Positions 36,783 through 43,961 of a DNA stretch of 64,000 bases are shown here, piece after piece (the first letter of the stretch is position 1; each line of letters opens with the position of its first letter). The stretch is from positions 256,875-320,874 of the forward strand of contig JBGUPJ010000021.1 in assembly GCA_045130235.1 (NCBI GenBank). Reading direction: 5' to 3'. The notes under the pieces were generated by a model that saw only the letters and a program-made list of their open reading frames with translations, did not search any database and was not told the origin of the DNA. Source of the stretch: Bacteroidales bacterium. Lineage in GTDB: Bacteria; Bacteroidota; Bacteroidia; Bacteroidales; WCHB1-69. The position numbers and the translations under genes are program-made.

Positions 36783-37046
36783 TTATAATACAGTAATCAC
36801 ATCTTCCCCTAACGCCAAAGAAATGTGTGCCAGAGTTTTGGTCGTAAAATTATGACGTCCTGTAAGCCATTTTGAGACCTCCGATTCTTTTTTGCCGAGT
36901 TTTTCTGCCAATGCTCGTTGTGTCATGCCATTTTTTTTCAGCAGACTATCTATTTTCTCTGCGATGGCAAAAGACAAATCAAACTCAGCTTTTGTTTCTG
37001 GTGTTACTTGAGCCAAACATTCTCTGAATAAAGGATTTGTAATCAT
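36783..37046 (-). CDS. XRE-family helix-turn-helix protein (antitoxin-like)
   Basis: The 87-aa product carries the HTH 'MTQRALAEKLGKKESEVSKWLTGRHNFTTKTLAHISLALG'. Confidence 0.8.
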   Translation of the reverse strand: MITNPLFRECLAQVTPETKAEFDLSFAIAEKIDSLLKKNGMTQRALAEKLGKKESEVSKWLTGRHNFTTKTLAHISLALGEDVITVL

Positions 37047-37095
37047 AATTCAAAAGTTGCTCCTTCCAATCCAATTATATAATTTTTGTCAATAC

Positions 37096-37206
37096 TTACA
37101 GTCCCTTTTTCTGTGCTGCTTTCAAAAGTTTATCAAATTTTTGAAGTTCCATGACATAGCCACACAATTCTGCATCTTCCTGATATGTCCGTGTTTTTTT
37201 TCTCAT
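37096..37206 (-). pseudogene. 36-codon ORF upstream of the XRE gene, possibly a frameshifted ~57-codon partner gene
   Basis: I translated it by hand as MRKKTRTYQEDAELCGYVMELQKFDKLLKAAQKKGL*. The sequence after the stop continues in frame +2 as TVSIDKNYIIGLEGATFEL*, and that TGA overlaps the XRE ATG (ATGA). I recognise no family. Confidence 0.25.
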
Positions 37207-37234
37207 AGTTGTGATAGTTTAAGATTAGACGCTG

Positions 37235-37242
37235 CAAAAATA
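37235..37242 (-). promoter_or_regulatory. Bacteroides-type -7 box (TATTTTTG) for the small-ORF/XRE operon
   Basis: Plus-strand CAAAAATA lies 29 nt upstream of the ATG at 37206. Confidence 0.4.
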
Positions 37243-37367
37243 CAAAAAAATATAAACTTAATTTATAAGTAAAGTTTTTTTTGAAAAATATTTTTTGATT
37301 GTCCGCTTCTCCCTTTCTTCAAAAAGAAACATCGGGACGAATCCGCACCTGCAGATTTACCCCTGTA

Positions 37368-37403
37368 TTTTTCAATTTTCAATTTTCAGTTTTCAATTTT
37401 CAA
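37368..37403 (+). repeat. Heptanucleotide tandem array, locus E
   Basis: The units are TTTTTCAA TTTTCAA TTTTCAG TTTTCAA TTTTCAA. The array ends 17 nt from the murC stop codon (37421-23). Confidence 0.9.
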
Positions 37404-37420
37404 CTCTGCTGCCTCCCCCT

Positions 37421-38749
37421 CTAAATCCCTTCTTCAATCGGTTTCACCAGCCGGTCGATGTCGCCGGCCCCTACGGTGAGCAGCACCTGCGGGCGGTGTT
37501 GTTGCAGATAGGACACCACTTCCTCCTTGGCAATCAGTACCTTGTGGTCGCAGGGGATCATATCCAACAGCCACTGCGAGGTGATGCCCGGGATGGGCTT
37601 TTCACGGGCCGGGTAGATGTCGAGCAGGATGACATGGTCGGCAATGGCGAGCACCTCGGCAAACTGCGGCCCGAAGTCGCGGGTGCGGGTGTAGAGGTGC
37701 GGCTGGAAGATGACCGTCAGCTCCTTGTCGGCATAGAGCTTCTTTACCGCATTCAGGATGGCACGGATCTCCTCAGGATGGTGGGCATAGTCGTCGATGT
37801 AGATGAGGTCGTCGCGGCGGATGCGGTAGTCGAAACGGCGCTTAACCCCGCAGAAAGCGGCCATGCGCTCCTGTATCTGAGCGGGTGTCAGACCGATAAG
37901 ATGTCCGGCGGCCACGGCAGCGGCGGCATTCAGCACGTTGTGAGTGCCCGACACTCCGATAGTTACGGGTAACTGCTGTCCGTCGGGCGTGTGCAGGGTG
38001 AAATGTGCCTGACAGTCGCCCAGCACAATGTCGGCGATGCGGAAGTCGCAGTGCTCGCCGGTACCGTAGATAAGTTTATGGGGATGACTGATCTGGTCGG
38101 CCACCTTCTCGTGGATAAGCAGGTGCCCGTCGCGGTCGGTCTGGTCGGCGAAGAGCTGGAACGACTCCACGAGGTGCTGGCGGTCGCCATAGATGTCGAG
38201 GTGGTCGGCATCGAGCGAGGTGATGATGGCGAGGGTAGGGAAGAGGGTGAGGAAGGAGCGGTCGAACTCGTCGGCTTCGGCCACCACGGTGTCGTAGTCG
38301 GGCGTGAGGATGACGTTGCTGTCGAAGTTCTTGGCCACGCCGCCGATGAAGGCGAGGAGGTGGCGGTAGGGAGCGAGCAGCTGGGCGAGCATGGCGGTAG
38401 TGGTGGTCTTGCCGTGGGTGCCGGCCACCGCAAGGGTGGGATGCCCTTGTGCCAGATGCCCCAACACCTGCGAACGCTTATAGACGGGCGTGCCATGTTG
38501 CTGGAAATAAACCAGTTCGGCATGGGTGGAGGGTACAGCTGGGGTATAAACCACAAAGTCCACCTGCGGTGGAATTGCGCTGACATCTTCCGTATAGTGG
38601 ATGTGCGCGCCTTCCTCTTCCAGCTTTTGGGTGATGGGAGAAGGGGTGAGGTCGTAGCCATAAACCGTGTCGCCGCGCTGCATGAAAAAGCGGGCCAACG
38701 CGCTCATTCCAATTCCTCCAATACCAAGAAAATAAAGAGTTTTCGCCAT
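37421..38749 (-). CDS. murC: UDP-N-acetylmuramate--L-alanine ligase
   Basis: The 442-aa product has 'FLGIGGIGMSALARFF', 'AVAGTHGKTTTTAML', 'AEADEFDRSF', 'DADHLD', 'IFQPHLYTRTRD' and 'DIYPAREKPIPG'. This pattern matches MurC rather than Mpl. Confidence 0.88.
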   Translation of the reverse strand: MAKTLYFLGIGGIGMSALARFFMQRGDTVYGYDLTPSPITQKLEEEGAHIHYTEDVSAIPPQVDFVVYTPAVPSTHAELVYFQQHGTPVYKRSQVLGHLAQGHPTLAVAGTHGKTTTTAMLAQLLAPYRHLLAFIGGVAKNFDSNVILTPDYDTVVAEADEFDRSFLTLFPTLAIITSLDADHLDIYGDRQHLVESFQLFADQTDRDGHLLIHEKVADQISHPHKLIYGTGEHCDFRIADIVLGDCQAHFTLHTPDGQQLPVTIGVSGTHNVLNAAAAVAAGHLIGLTPAQIQERMAAFCGVKRRFDYRIRRDDLIYIDDYAHHPEEIRAILNAVKKLYADKELTVIFQPHLYTRTRDFGPQFAEVLAIADHVILLDIYPAREKPIPGITSQWLLDMIPCDHKVLIAKEEVVSYLQQHRPQVLLTVGAGDIDRLVKPIEEGI

Positions 38750-38774
38750 AGTTCTGTCGTTTCTTATCAGGGTG

Positions 38775-38782
38775 CAAATTTA
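38775..38782 (-). promoter_or_regulatory. Bacteroides-type -7 box (TAAATTTG) for murC
   Basis: Plus-strand CAAATTTA lies 26 nt upstream of the ATG at 38749. Confidence 0.45.
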
Positions 38783-38863
38783 CGATGAAATTTTCAATAA
38801 TGGAGGGATTGGAGAGATTTGAAGGCTTTGAAAGATTTGTGGGCTCAAAATCCAAAAATATTG

Positions 38864-38871
38864 TATCTTTG
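38864..38871 (+). promoter_or_regulatory. Bacteroides-type -7 box (TATCTTTG) with upstream TTTG for the FGE-family gene
   Basis: A TAnnTTTG match lies 25 nt upstream of the ATG at 38896. A TTTG at 38836-39 could serve as the -33 element. Confidence 0.5.
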
Positions 38872-38895
38872 CATCGTATTTTATTGGCTATTAAA

Positions 38896-39765
38896 ATGAA
38901 AAAGTTTTTTACACTCGTATGCTTTCTGCTGGCAATGACAGTTGTGGTGGCACAGAGCAATAAAACCTTCACGGTGGAAGGCTTTTCCTTCAAAATGATA
39001 TACGTGGAAGGCGGCACTTTTACGATGGGTTGCACTTCGGAACAGACTGGCTGCGAGAATGATGAGAAACCTGCCCATGAGGTGACGGTCAGCAATTTTT
39101 ATATCGGTGAAACTGAGGTGACGCAGCTGCTGTGGCGCCTTGTAATGGGGGGTGAACCTACTGCTTTTGGTGGCTGGACAGATGAGTTTGGAGTAGGTTC
39201 CATGAATCCGGCCTACAGAGTGAGTTGGGACGACTGCCAGCAGTTCTGTGATAAACTCAACCAATTGTGCCGTAGACAGTTGCCAGCTGGTTATCATTTC
39301 GCTCTCCCCACTGAAGCGCAGTGGGAATACGCCGCCCGAGGTGGAAACAAAAGCAAGGGTTATCTGTACAGCGGCAGCAACAATCTCGATGCTGTGGCTT
39401 GGTACTGGCAGAACAGTGGCGACAATACCTTGAGCGGTACTGATTCGGATTGGAATTGGGATAAGATTAAAGAGAATAACGGCAAAACCCATCCCGTGAA
39501 ACGGAAAGCGCCCAACGAACTGGGCTTATACGATATGAGTGGTAATGTGTGGGAATGGTGTGCAGACATCTATGACGCTCAGTATTACGAATTTACCACC
39601 GACAACGACCCGCTGTGGAATCCCTCTTTTGGTGGAACCAATCGTGTAAACCGTGGCGGCAGCTGGATTAACTATGCAAGCCGAAGCCGAGTGTCGGATC
39701 GAGAAAGCGACTCTGCTGAAACCCAGGATGGTAACCTCGGACTTCGCTTGGTATTAGTGAAATAG
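38896..39765 (+). CDS. Formylglycine-generating enzyme (SUMF1/FGE-sulfatase) family protein, secreted
   Basis: The signal peptide is 'MKKFFTLVCFLLAMTVVVAQ'. Family motifs present are 'VSWDDCQQFCDKLN', 'LPTEAQWEYAARGG', 'YDMSGNVWEWCAD' and 'RVNRGGSW'. I trimmed the start from 38785. Confidence 0.8.
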   Translation: MKKFFTLVCFLLAMTVVVAQSNKTFTVEGFSFKMIYVEGGTFTMGCTSEQTGCENDEKPAHEVTVSNFYIGETEVTQLLWRLVMGGEPTAFGGWTDEFGVGSMNPAYRVSWDDCQQFCDKLNQLCRRQLPAGYHFALPTEAQWEYAARGGNKSKGYLYSGSNNLDAVAWYWQNSGDNTLSGTDSDWNWDKIKENNGKTHPVKRKAPNELGLYDMSGNVWEWCADIYDAQYYEFTTDNDPLWNPSFGGTNRVNRGGSWINYASRSRVSDRESDSAETQDGNLGLRLVLVK

Positions 39766-39843
39766 TTTTATTCCACAGCTAAACTTCAAAATCAGGTAGC
39801 TCCCACCTTGAAGGTGTGTCGGTAATCTGTCCACCCTATCCGT

Positions 39844-41487
39844 TTATCTCCCGCGCGATTGCGCTAACTCGAAAAAGGCCTCGGGACTATCGGCCGTCTG
39901 CTCTTTCGATATCTGACAGAGGGTGATGCGTCCATTGGTGGCAATGGGATCGAGATAACAGAGCACATATCGGTTGCCGTCAAATTCATTCCGATAGATG
40001 TCGTTTTCAATGACAATATAGTCATAATCTGCGGCCAGGGCCTTACGCACCATCTTCTCATCCGTGTTCAACACAATGTAGCCGCGCCGCTTCATCTGGA
40101 TAAAGGCCGAACTCTTCGGGTAGGCGAATAACGCGACAATCTTGGCATCACGCGATACCCCCATGCTGTCCAACCATTTGTCTGACTGGTGAAAATTGTT
40201 ATAGCAGCGCAATGCTCCGTCGTTGGGATCGCGGCGTAACTGTTGCATATTCAACGCTTCTTGCGTCATGGGGATGGTCAGTCCTATCAACAGCAATAGG
40301 CCCACCACACTGGCGATGTGGCCCTGAATGCGGGGCAGCGTCGCCAAAGCCAAGATGAATAGGAAAATGATAGAAAAGAACAGACTGTCCAAAAAATAGT
40401 AGTCGTGATCGCAATATTGCAACAGCATACTGCCACAATAAGCCAATTCTCCTAAGATATAGATGCCCAGTAACCACCACAGCGATAGTGATTTGCGTAA
40501 AGGCTCCGCTTCGTTAGTGGCAGAGGTTGTTGTATGGTTTTTGCGTTTTCGTATTTGGATAATGAGGGAATAAATGACCGTTACTGCCAAAATAACCGCT
40601 ACCATCCAATGCTGGATTCTTTGAAAATAATGGAACATCCAGCGCTCTTGAATATTCTGGTAAACGAATTGCACATCTTCCATGTTCTCCGGTGGCCGCA
40701 ACTTTCCTAAAAACATGGAGTCGTACAGGTTCTTCAGATGGATATTCCACAGAAAAACGCCCAGATAACACGCAAAAGCGATGGCGATAATGAGAATGTT
40801 GCCTCGCAACTGTGTCTCTTTACGGATAATGCGGAGCAGCTCGAAGCCGCAGACAGCCATCAGCAAGACAATTTGTGGCATCCGAATCATCGCAGCTAAG
40901 GTCAGAAAGGCAAATCCGACAGCGAAATAGACGCGTTTTTTCTTCTTAACGTAGGAGAGGTATCCCCATAAGCCGACAAAGGCACACGACAGGGCAGGAA
41001 TGGTGGGGATGAAGCCACTGGCGTAGTAGGTGTACGAGGGGACAGTGGCCACCATGATGGTCACAAGCAGAGATTTGATAGGGTCGTCGGTGAGAAGATG
41101 GGTGAGTTTGTATAGAAAGAGCAGTCCTATCATGCTGATTAGTAATGTATAACATCGAAATACCCATGGCGATGTGTTGCCGAGAATCTTCATCAGCAAG
41201 GCGACGATATACTCATGGATGGGAAAGTCGGCGGAGGTGATGGGCGAACCCCACAGTCCGTCATCTTGCTTGTTGTACAGCATGGTGAGGGGATGGGCAA
41301 AATCCATGCCGTTGTCCACGTAGCCAATTGACAATGAGTACCAGTCGGCTTGTGCCCAAGCGTGAATATATAGCGGAAACTCCCTCAGGTAGCGAAACTG
41401 CAACACAAAACTCAGAGCTACAATGACGGCTGCCGCCAAAAGCAGATGGTTGTTTCTTTTGATGAAGTTGATAAAAGCGGATTTCAT
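39844..41487 (-). CDS. Polytopic membrane protein, ArnT/PMT-like (GT-C fold, GT39/83-like) glycosyltransferase candidate
   Basis: The 547-aa product has about a dozen hydrophobic helices over the first ~400 aa and a soluble C-terminal domain. The overall organisation resembles family-39 glycosyltransferases. I could not verify a catalytic motif by eye. Confidence 0.5.
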   Translation of the reverse strand: MKSAFINFIKRNNHLLLAAAVIVALSFVLQFRYLREFPLYIHAWAQADWYSLSIGYVDNGMDFAHPLTMLYNKQDDGLWGSPITSADFPIHEYIVALLMKILGNTSPWVFRCYTLLISMIGLLFLYKLTHLLTDDPIKSLLVTIMVATVPSYTYYASGFIPTIPALSCAFVGLWGYLSYVKKKKRVYFAVGFAFLTLAAMIRMPQIVLLMAVCGFELLRIIRKETQLRGNILIIAIAFACYLGVFLWNIHLKNLYDSMFLGKLRPPENMEDVQFVYQNIQERWMFHYFQRIQHWMVAVILAVTVIYSLIIQIRKRKNHTTTSATNEAEPLRKSLSLWWLLGIYILGELAYCGSMLLQYCDHDYYFLDSLFFSIIFLFILALATLPRIQGHIASVVGLLLLIGLTIPMTQEALNMQQLRRDPNDGALRCYNNFHQSDKWLDSMGVSRDAKIVALFAYPKSSAFIQMKRRGYIVLNTDEKMVRKALAADYDYIVIENDIYRNEFDGNRYVLCYLDPIATNGRITLCQISKEQTADSPEAFFELAQSRGR

Positions 41488-41508
41488 ATTAGTCTTAAAA
41501 AGAAGAAG

Positions 41509-42144
41509 TTACAGGATCAAGTCAGCGAGCCGCACCTTGGGCACGTAGTGTACGCCGTCATTGCGGTAGTAGGCGTGGCTCTCGCTTTCGGAAATCTCCA
41601 CCCGCCGTATCACTTCGGCCCCGCGCCCGATGGCAAGTACCAGCAGCGGTTCAAGCGGCAGCTCGAGTTCCTGCTTCAACGCGCTGCGGTTGAAGGCTCC
41701 GATAATCAGTCCGTTGTATCCCAACTCGGTGGCTTTCAGCAGCATGCTCTGCGCGGAGATGCCAAGGTCGATGTCCACCAGCTTGGTCTCCGGCGCTGTG
41801 CTGCAGATCACGATAAACGCCTGCGGCTCGGTGCCGGGAAAAGGCAAGTGCAGCTCCGGCAGCGCGGCCCCCATCTTGATGTGGCGCAATACCACATCCG
41901 CTCCGCTCTCCTTGGTGATGAGCTTGAAGCGCAGCACCTGCTGGTTGCAGGCGGACGGCAGTAGCGGATTTACCGCCACAATTTTCTCTAATGTCTCTCG
42001 GGTCACCACCGTCTCGGGATGAAAACCGCGGTAACTCCGGTTGCGCTCCATCAGCTGCTCCACCGGCACCCGTTTCACCACCGTGCGCGTAGCATTCTTT
42101 CCAAACACCTCGTCATATCGTTTCTCTAAATATCCGTCGGCCAT
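41509..42144 (-). CDS. Nitroreductase family protein
   Basis: 'MADGYLEKRYDEVFG...RSYRGF...' and 'ATELGYNGLIIGAFN' resemble the NAD(P)H nitroreductase fold. The start is probably Met11 of ORF 41509..42174. Confidence 0.7.
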   Translation of the reverse strand: MADGYLEKRYDEVFGKNATRTVVKRVPVEQLMERNRSYRGFHPETVVTRETLEKIVAVNPLLPSACNQQVLRFKLITKESGADVVLRHIKMGAALPELHLPFPGTEPQAFIVICSTAPETKLVDIDLGISAQSMLLKATELGYNGLIIGAFNRSALKQELELPLEPLLVLAIGRGAEVIRRVEISESESHAYYRNDGVHYVPKVRLADLIL

Positions 42145-42223
42145 AGTATAGATTTGCAAATTATTAATATTCAATATATTATTAAAATATAAACACTATT
42201 GAAGATGCCTATGATTCTCTTTG

Positions 42224-42231
42224 CAAAAATA
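42224..42231 (-). promoter_or_regulatory. Bacteroides-type -7 box (TATTTTTG) for the nitroreductase gene
   Basis: Plus-strand CAAAAATA lies 80 nt upstream of the ATG at 42144. Confidence 0.35.
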
Positions 42232-42302
42232 GTAGTTTTTTCGTAGTGATGCAAAATGATAATTTTTTTGTGAAAAGAAAAGGGGGATAACGCTTTTGTT
42301 TG

Positions 42303-42310
42303 TATCTTTG
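42303..42310 (+). promoter_or_regulatory. Bacteroides-type -7 box (TATCTTTG) for the ABC ATPase/pepE operon
   Basis: Exact TAnnTTTG match 20 nt upstream of the ATG at 42330. Confidence 0.5.
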
Positions 42311-42329
42311 CAAACTTCAAAACAAGGCT

Positions 42330-43100
42330 ATGATCGACGTTCAAGAGCTGCAATTTGCCTACTCGCAGAAACAGGTGCTGCAAGATGTCTCCCTCCATTT
42401 GGAGGAAGGGAATTTTTGTGCGATTGTGGGTCCTAATGGTTCGGGAAAGACCACGCTGCTGAAGCTGATGACGGGTCTTTTGCAGCCGCAGGGTGGCTCG
42501 GTGCGGGTGGGCGGACAACCGCTCAACTCGCTGACGGCGATGGAGAAAGCGCGGCTGATGGCCTACGTGGCGCAACGGCAGGATGTGGTTTTCGACTTCT
42601 CGGTGTTCGACACCGTGCTGATGGGTCGTAACCCGCACCAGAGCCGTTGGGAAACCGCCTCATCGCACGATGTTGAGGTGGTGGAGGAAGTTCTACAACT
42701 TACCGCTCTTGCCGACTACCGCAACCGGTTGCTCACCGAGCTGAGCGGCGGCGAGGTGCAGCGCGTGATGATTGCCCGCGCCATGGCCCAACAAACGCCC
42801 GTCATTCTGCTCGATGAACCGCTCTCCAACTTGGACATCACTTATCAGTTTGAAGTGATGGATATTCTTCAACATCTTAATAAACAGAATAATACAACTA
42901 TCGTCATCATCCTCCATGACCTCTCTTTCGTAAAGAAATATGCCCACAAAGTACTGATGCTGCAAAACGGCGCACTTAAACATTTCGGTCCTGTTGATGA
43001 CGTGCTGACCGAGCAAAACGTCCGCGAAGTCTTCCACCTCTCCTCCCACTATGGCTTAGATGCCAACGGCCACGTCTATCGCACCTCCCCCCAATCCTAA
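42330..43100 (+). CDS. ABC transporter ATP-binding protein, FepC/HmuV/BtuD-like
   Basis: Walker A is 'GPNGSGKTTLLK', the signature is 'LSGGEVQRV', Walker B is 'VILLDEP' and the H-loop is 'IILHDL'. The start is 'MIDVQELQFAY'. Confidence 0.85.
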   Translation: MIDVQELQFAYSQKQVLQDVSLHLEEGNFCAIVGPNGSGKTTLLKLMTGLLQPQGGSVRVGGQPLNSLTAMEKARLMAYVAQRQDVVFDFSVFDTVLMGRNPHQSRWETASSHDVEVVEEVLQLTALADYRNRLLTELSGGEVQRVMIARAMAQQTPVILLDEPLSNLDITYQFEVMDILQHLNKQNNTTIVIILHDLSFVKKYAHKVLMLQNGALKHFGPVDDVLTEQNVREVFHLSSHYGLDANGHVYRTSPQS

Positions 43101-43160
43101 TCTCTCAAATCTGCAAATCTTTTCGAATCTTCAAATTTTCAAATCATCAAAATACCTATC

Positions 43161-43961
43161 ATGAAACTTTTATTAATCAGCAATTCAACCAATTACAAAG
43201 AGTCTTATCTGGGCTGGTGTATGCCTTTGATTCAGGAATTTTTAGGTACAAAGGGCAAAAAGAAAATAGCCTTTTTCCCGTATGCTGTCGTGCGCAACGG
43301 AGCCACCTTGGAGGAGAGCTACAATGCCGCCACCGAGAAGGTGAAAAACTGCTTCAAGACTTTCGGTCTGAAGGCCGACATCGTCTCTACGCATTCGGTG
43401 GCCGACCCTGTGGCGCTGGTCAACGAGAGTGACGCCATCATGGTGAGTGGTGGCAACACCTTCCATCTGGTGTATGAGCTGCACCGCAACAAGCTCATCG
43501 AGCCGGTGCGCCGCAAGGTGCTCGAGGGTGCGCCCTACATGGGCTGGAGTGCGGGTTCCAACGTGGCCTGTCCCACCCTGCGTACCACCAACGACATGCC
43601 CATCATCATGCCCGAGAGTTTCAACTGCTTCGACTTCGTGCCGTTCCAGATCAACCCCCACTACATCGATCCCTATCCGACCGAGGTGGAGGATGCGCTG
43701 ACACATGCCGGCGAGTCGCGCCAGGACCGTATCGAGGAGTTCCTCTGCATTCATCCCGAAGTTACGGTGGTGGGCTTGCGTGAAGCCACTGCCCTTTGGG
43801 TGGAGAACGATGTCATCACGCTGCGTGAGTACGAGAAGAATCCGTACAAGAAAAAACGCGAGATGATTGTGCTGAAACAGGGTTGCCCTGTGCGTGAAAT
43901 CAAGCCCGGCAGCATGTTCGACTTCTCGATGAATCTGCTGAAGAAGGGTTGCAAGAAATAA
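43161..43961 (+). CDS. pepE: Dipeptidase E (alpha-aspartyl dipeptidase, peptidase S51)
   Basis: The product is collinear with E. coli PepE as I remember it. Matching motifs are 'LLLISNST', 'GGNTFHL', 'GWSAGSNVACPTLRTTNDMPI' and 'FQINPHY'. Confidence 0.88.
   Translation: MKLLLISNSTNYKESYLGWCMPLIQEFLGTKGKKKIAFFPYAVVRNGATLEESYNAATEKVKNCFKTFGLKADIVSTHSVADPVALVNESDAIMVSGGNTFHLVYELHRNKLIEPVRRKVLEGAPYMGWSAGSNVACPTLRTTNDMPIIMPESFNCFDFVPFQINPHYIDPYPTEVEDALTHAGESRQDRIEEFLCIHPEVTVVGLREATALWVENDVITLREYEKNPYKKKREMIVLKQGCPVREIKPGSMFDFSMNLLKKGCKK

Noticed and set aside
43101-43160. I considered whether the TCAAAT-rich 60-nt spacer before pepE is a sixth member of the TTTTCAR heptamer family.
   Set aside because: Its periodicity is irregular (about 8 nt) and its unit differs (CAAATCT/TCAAAT). 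I mention it only under the operon finding.
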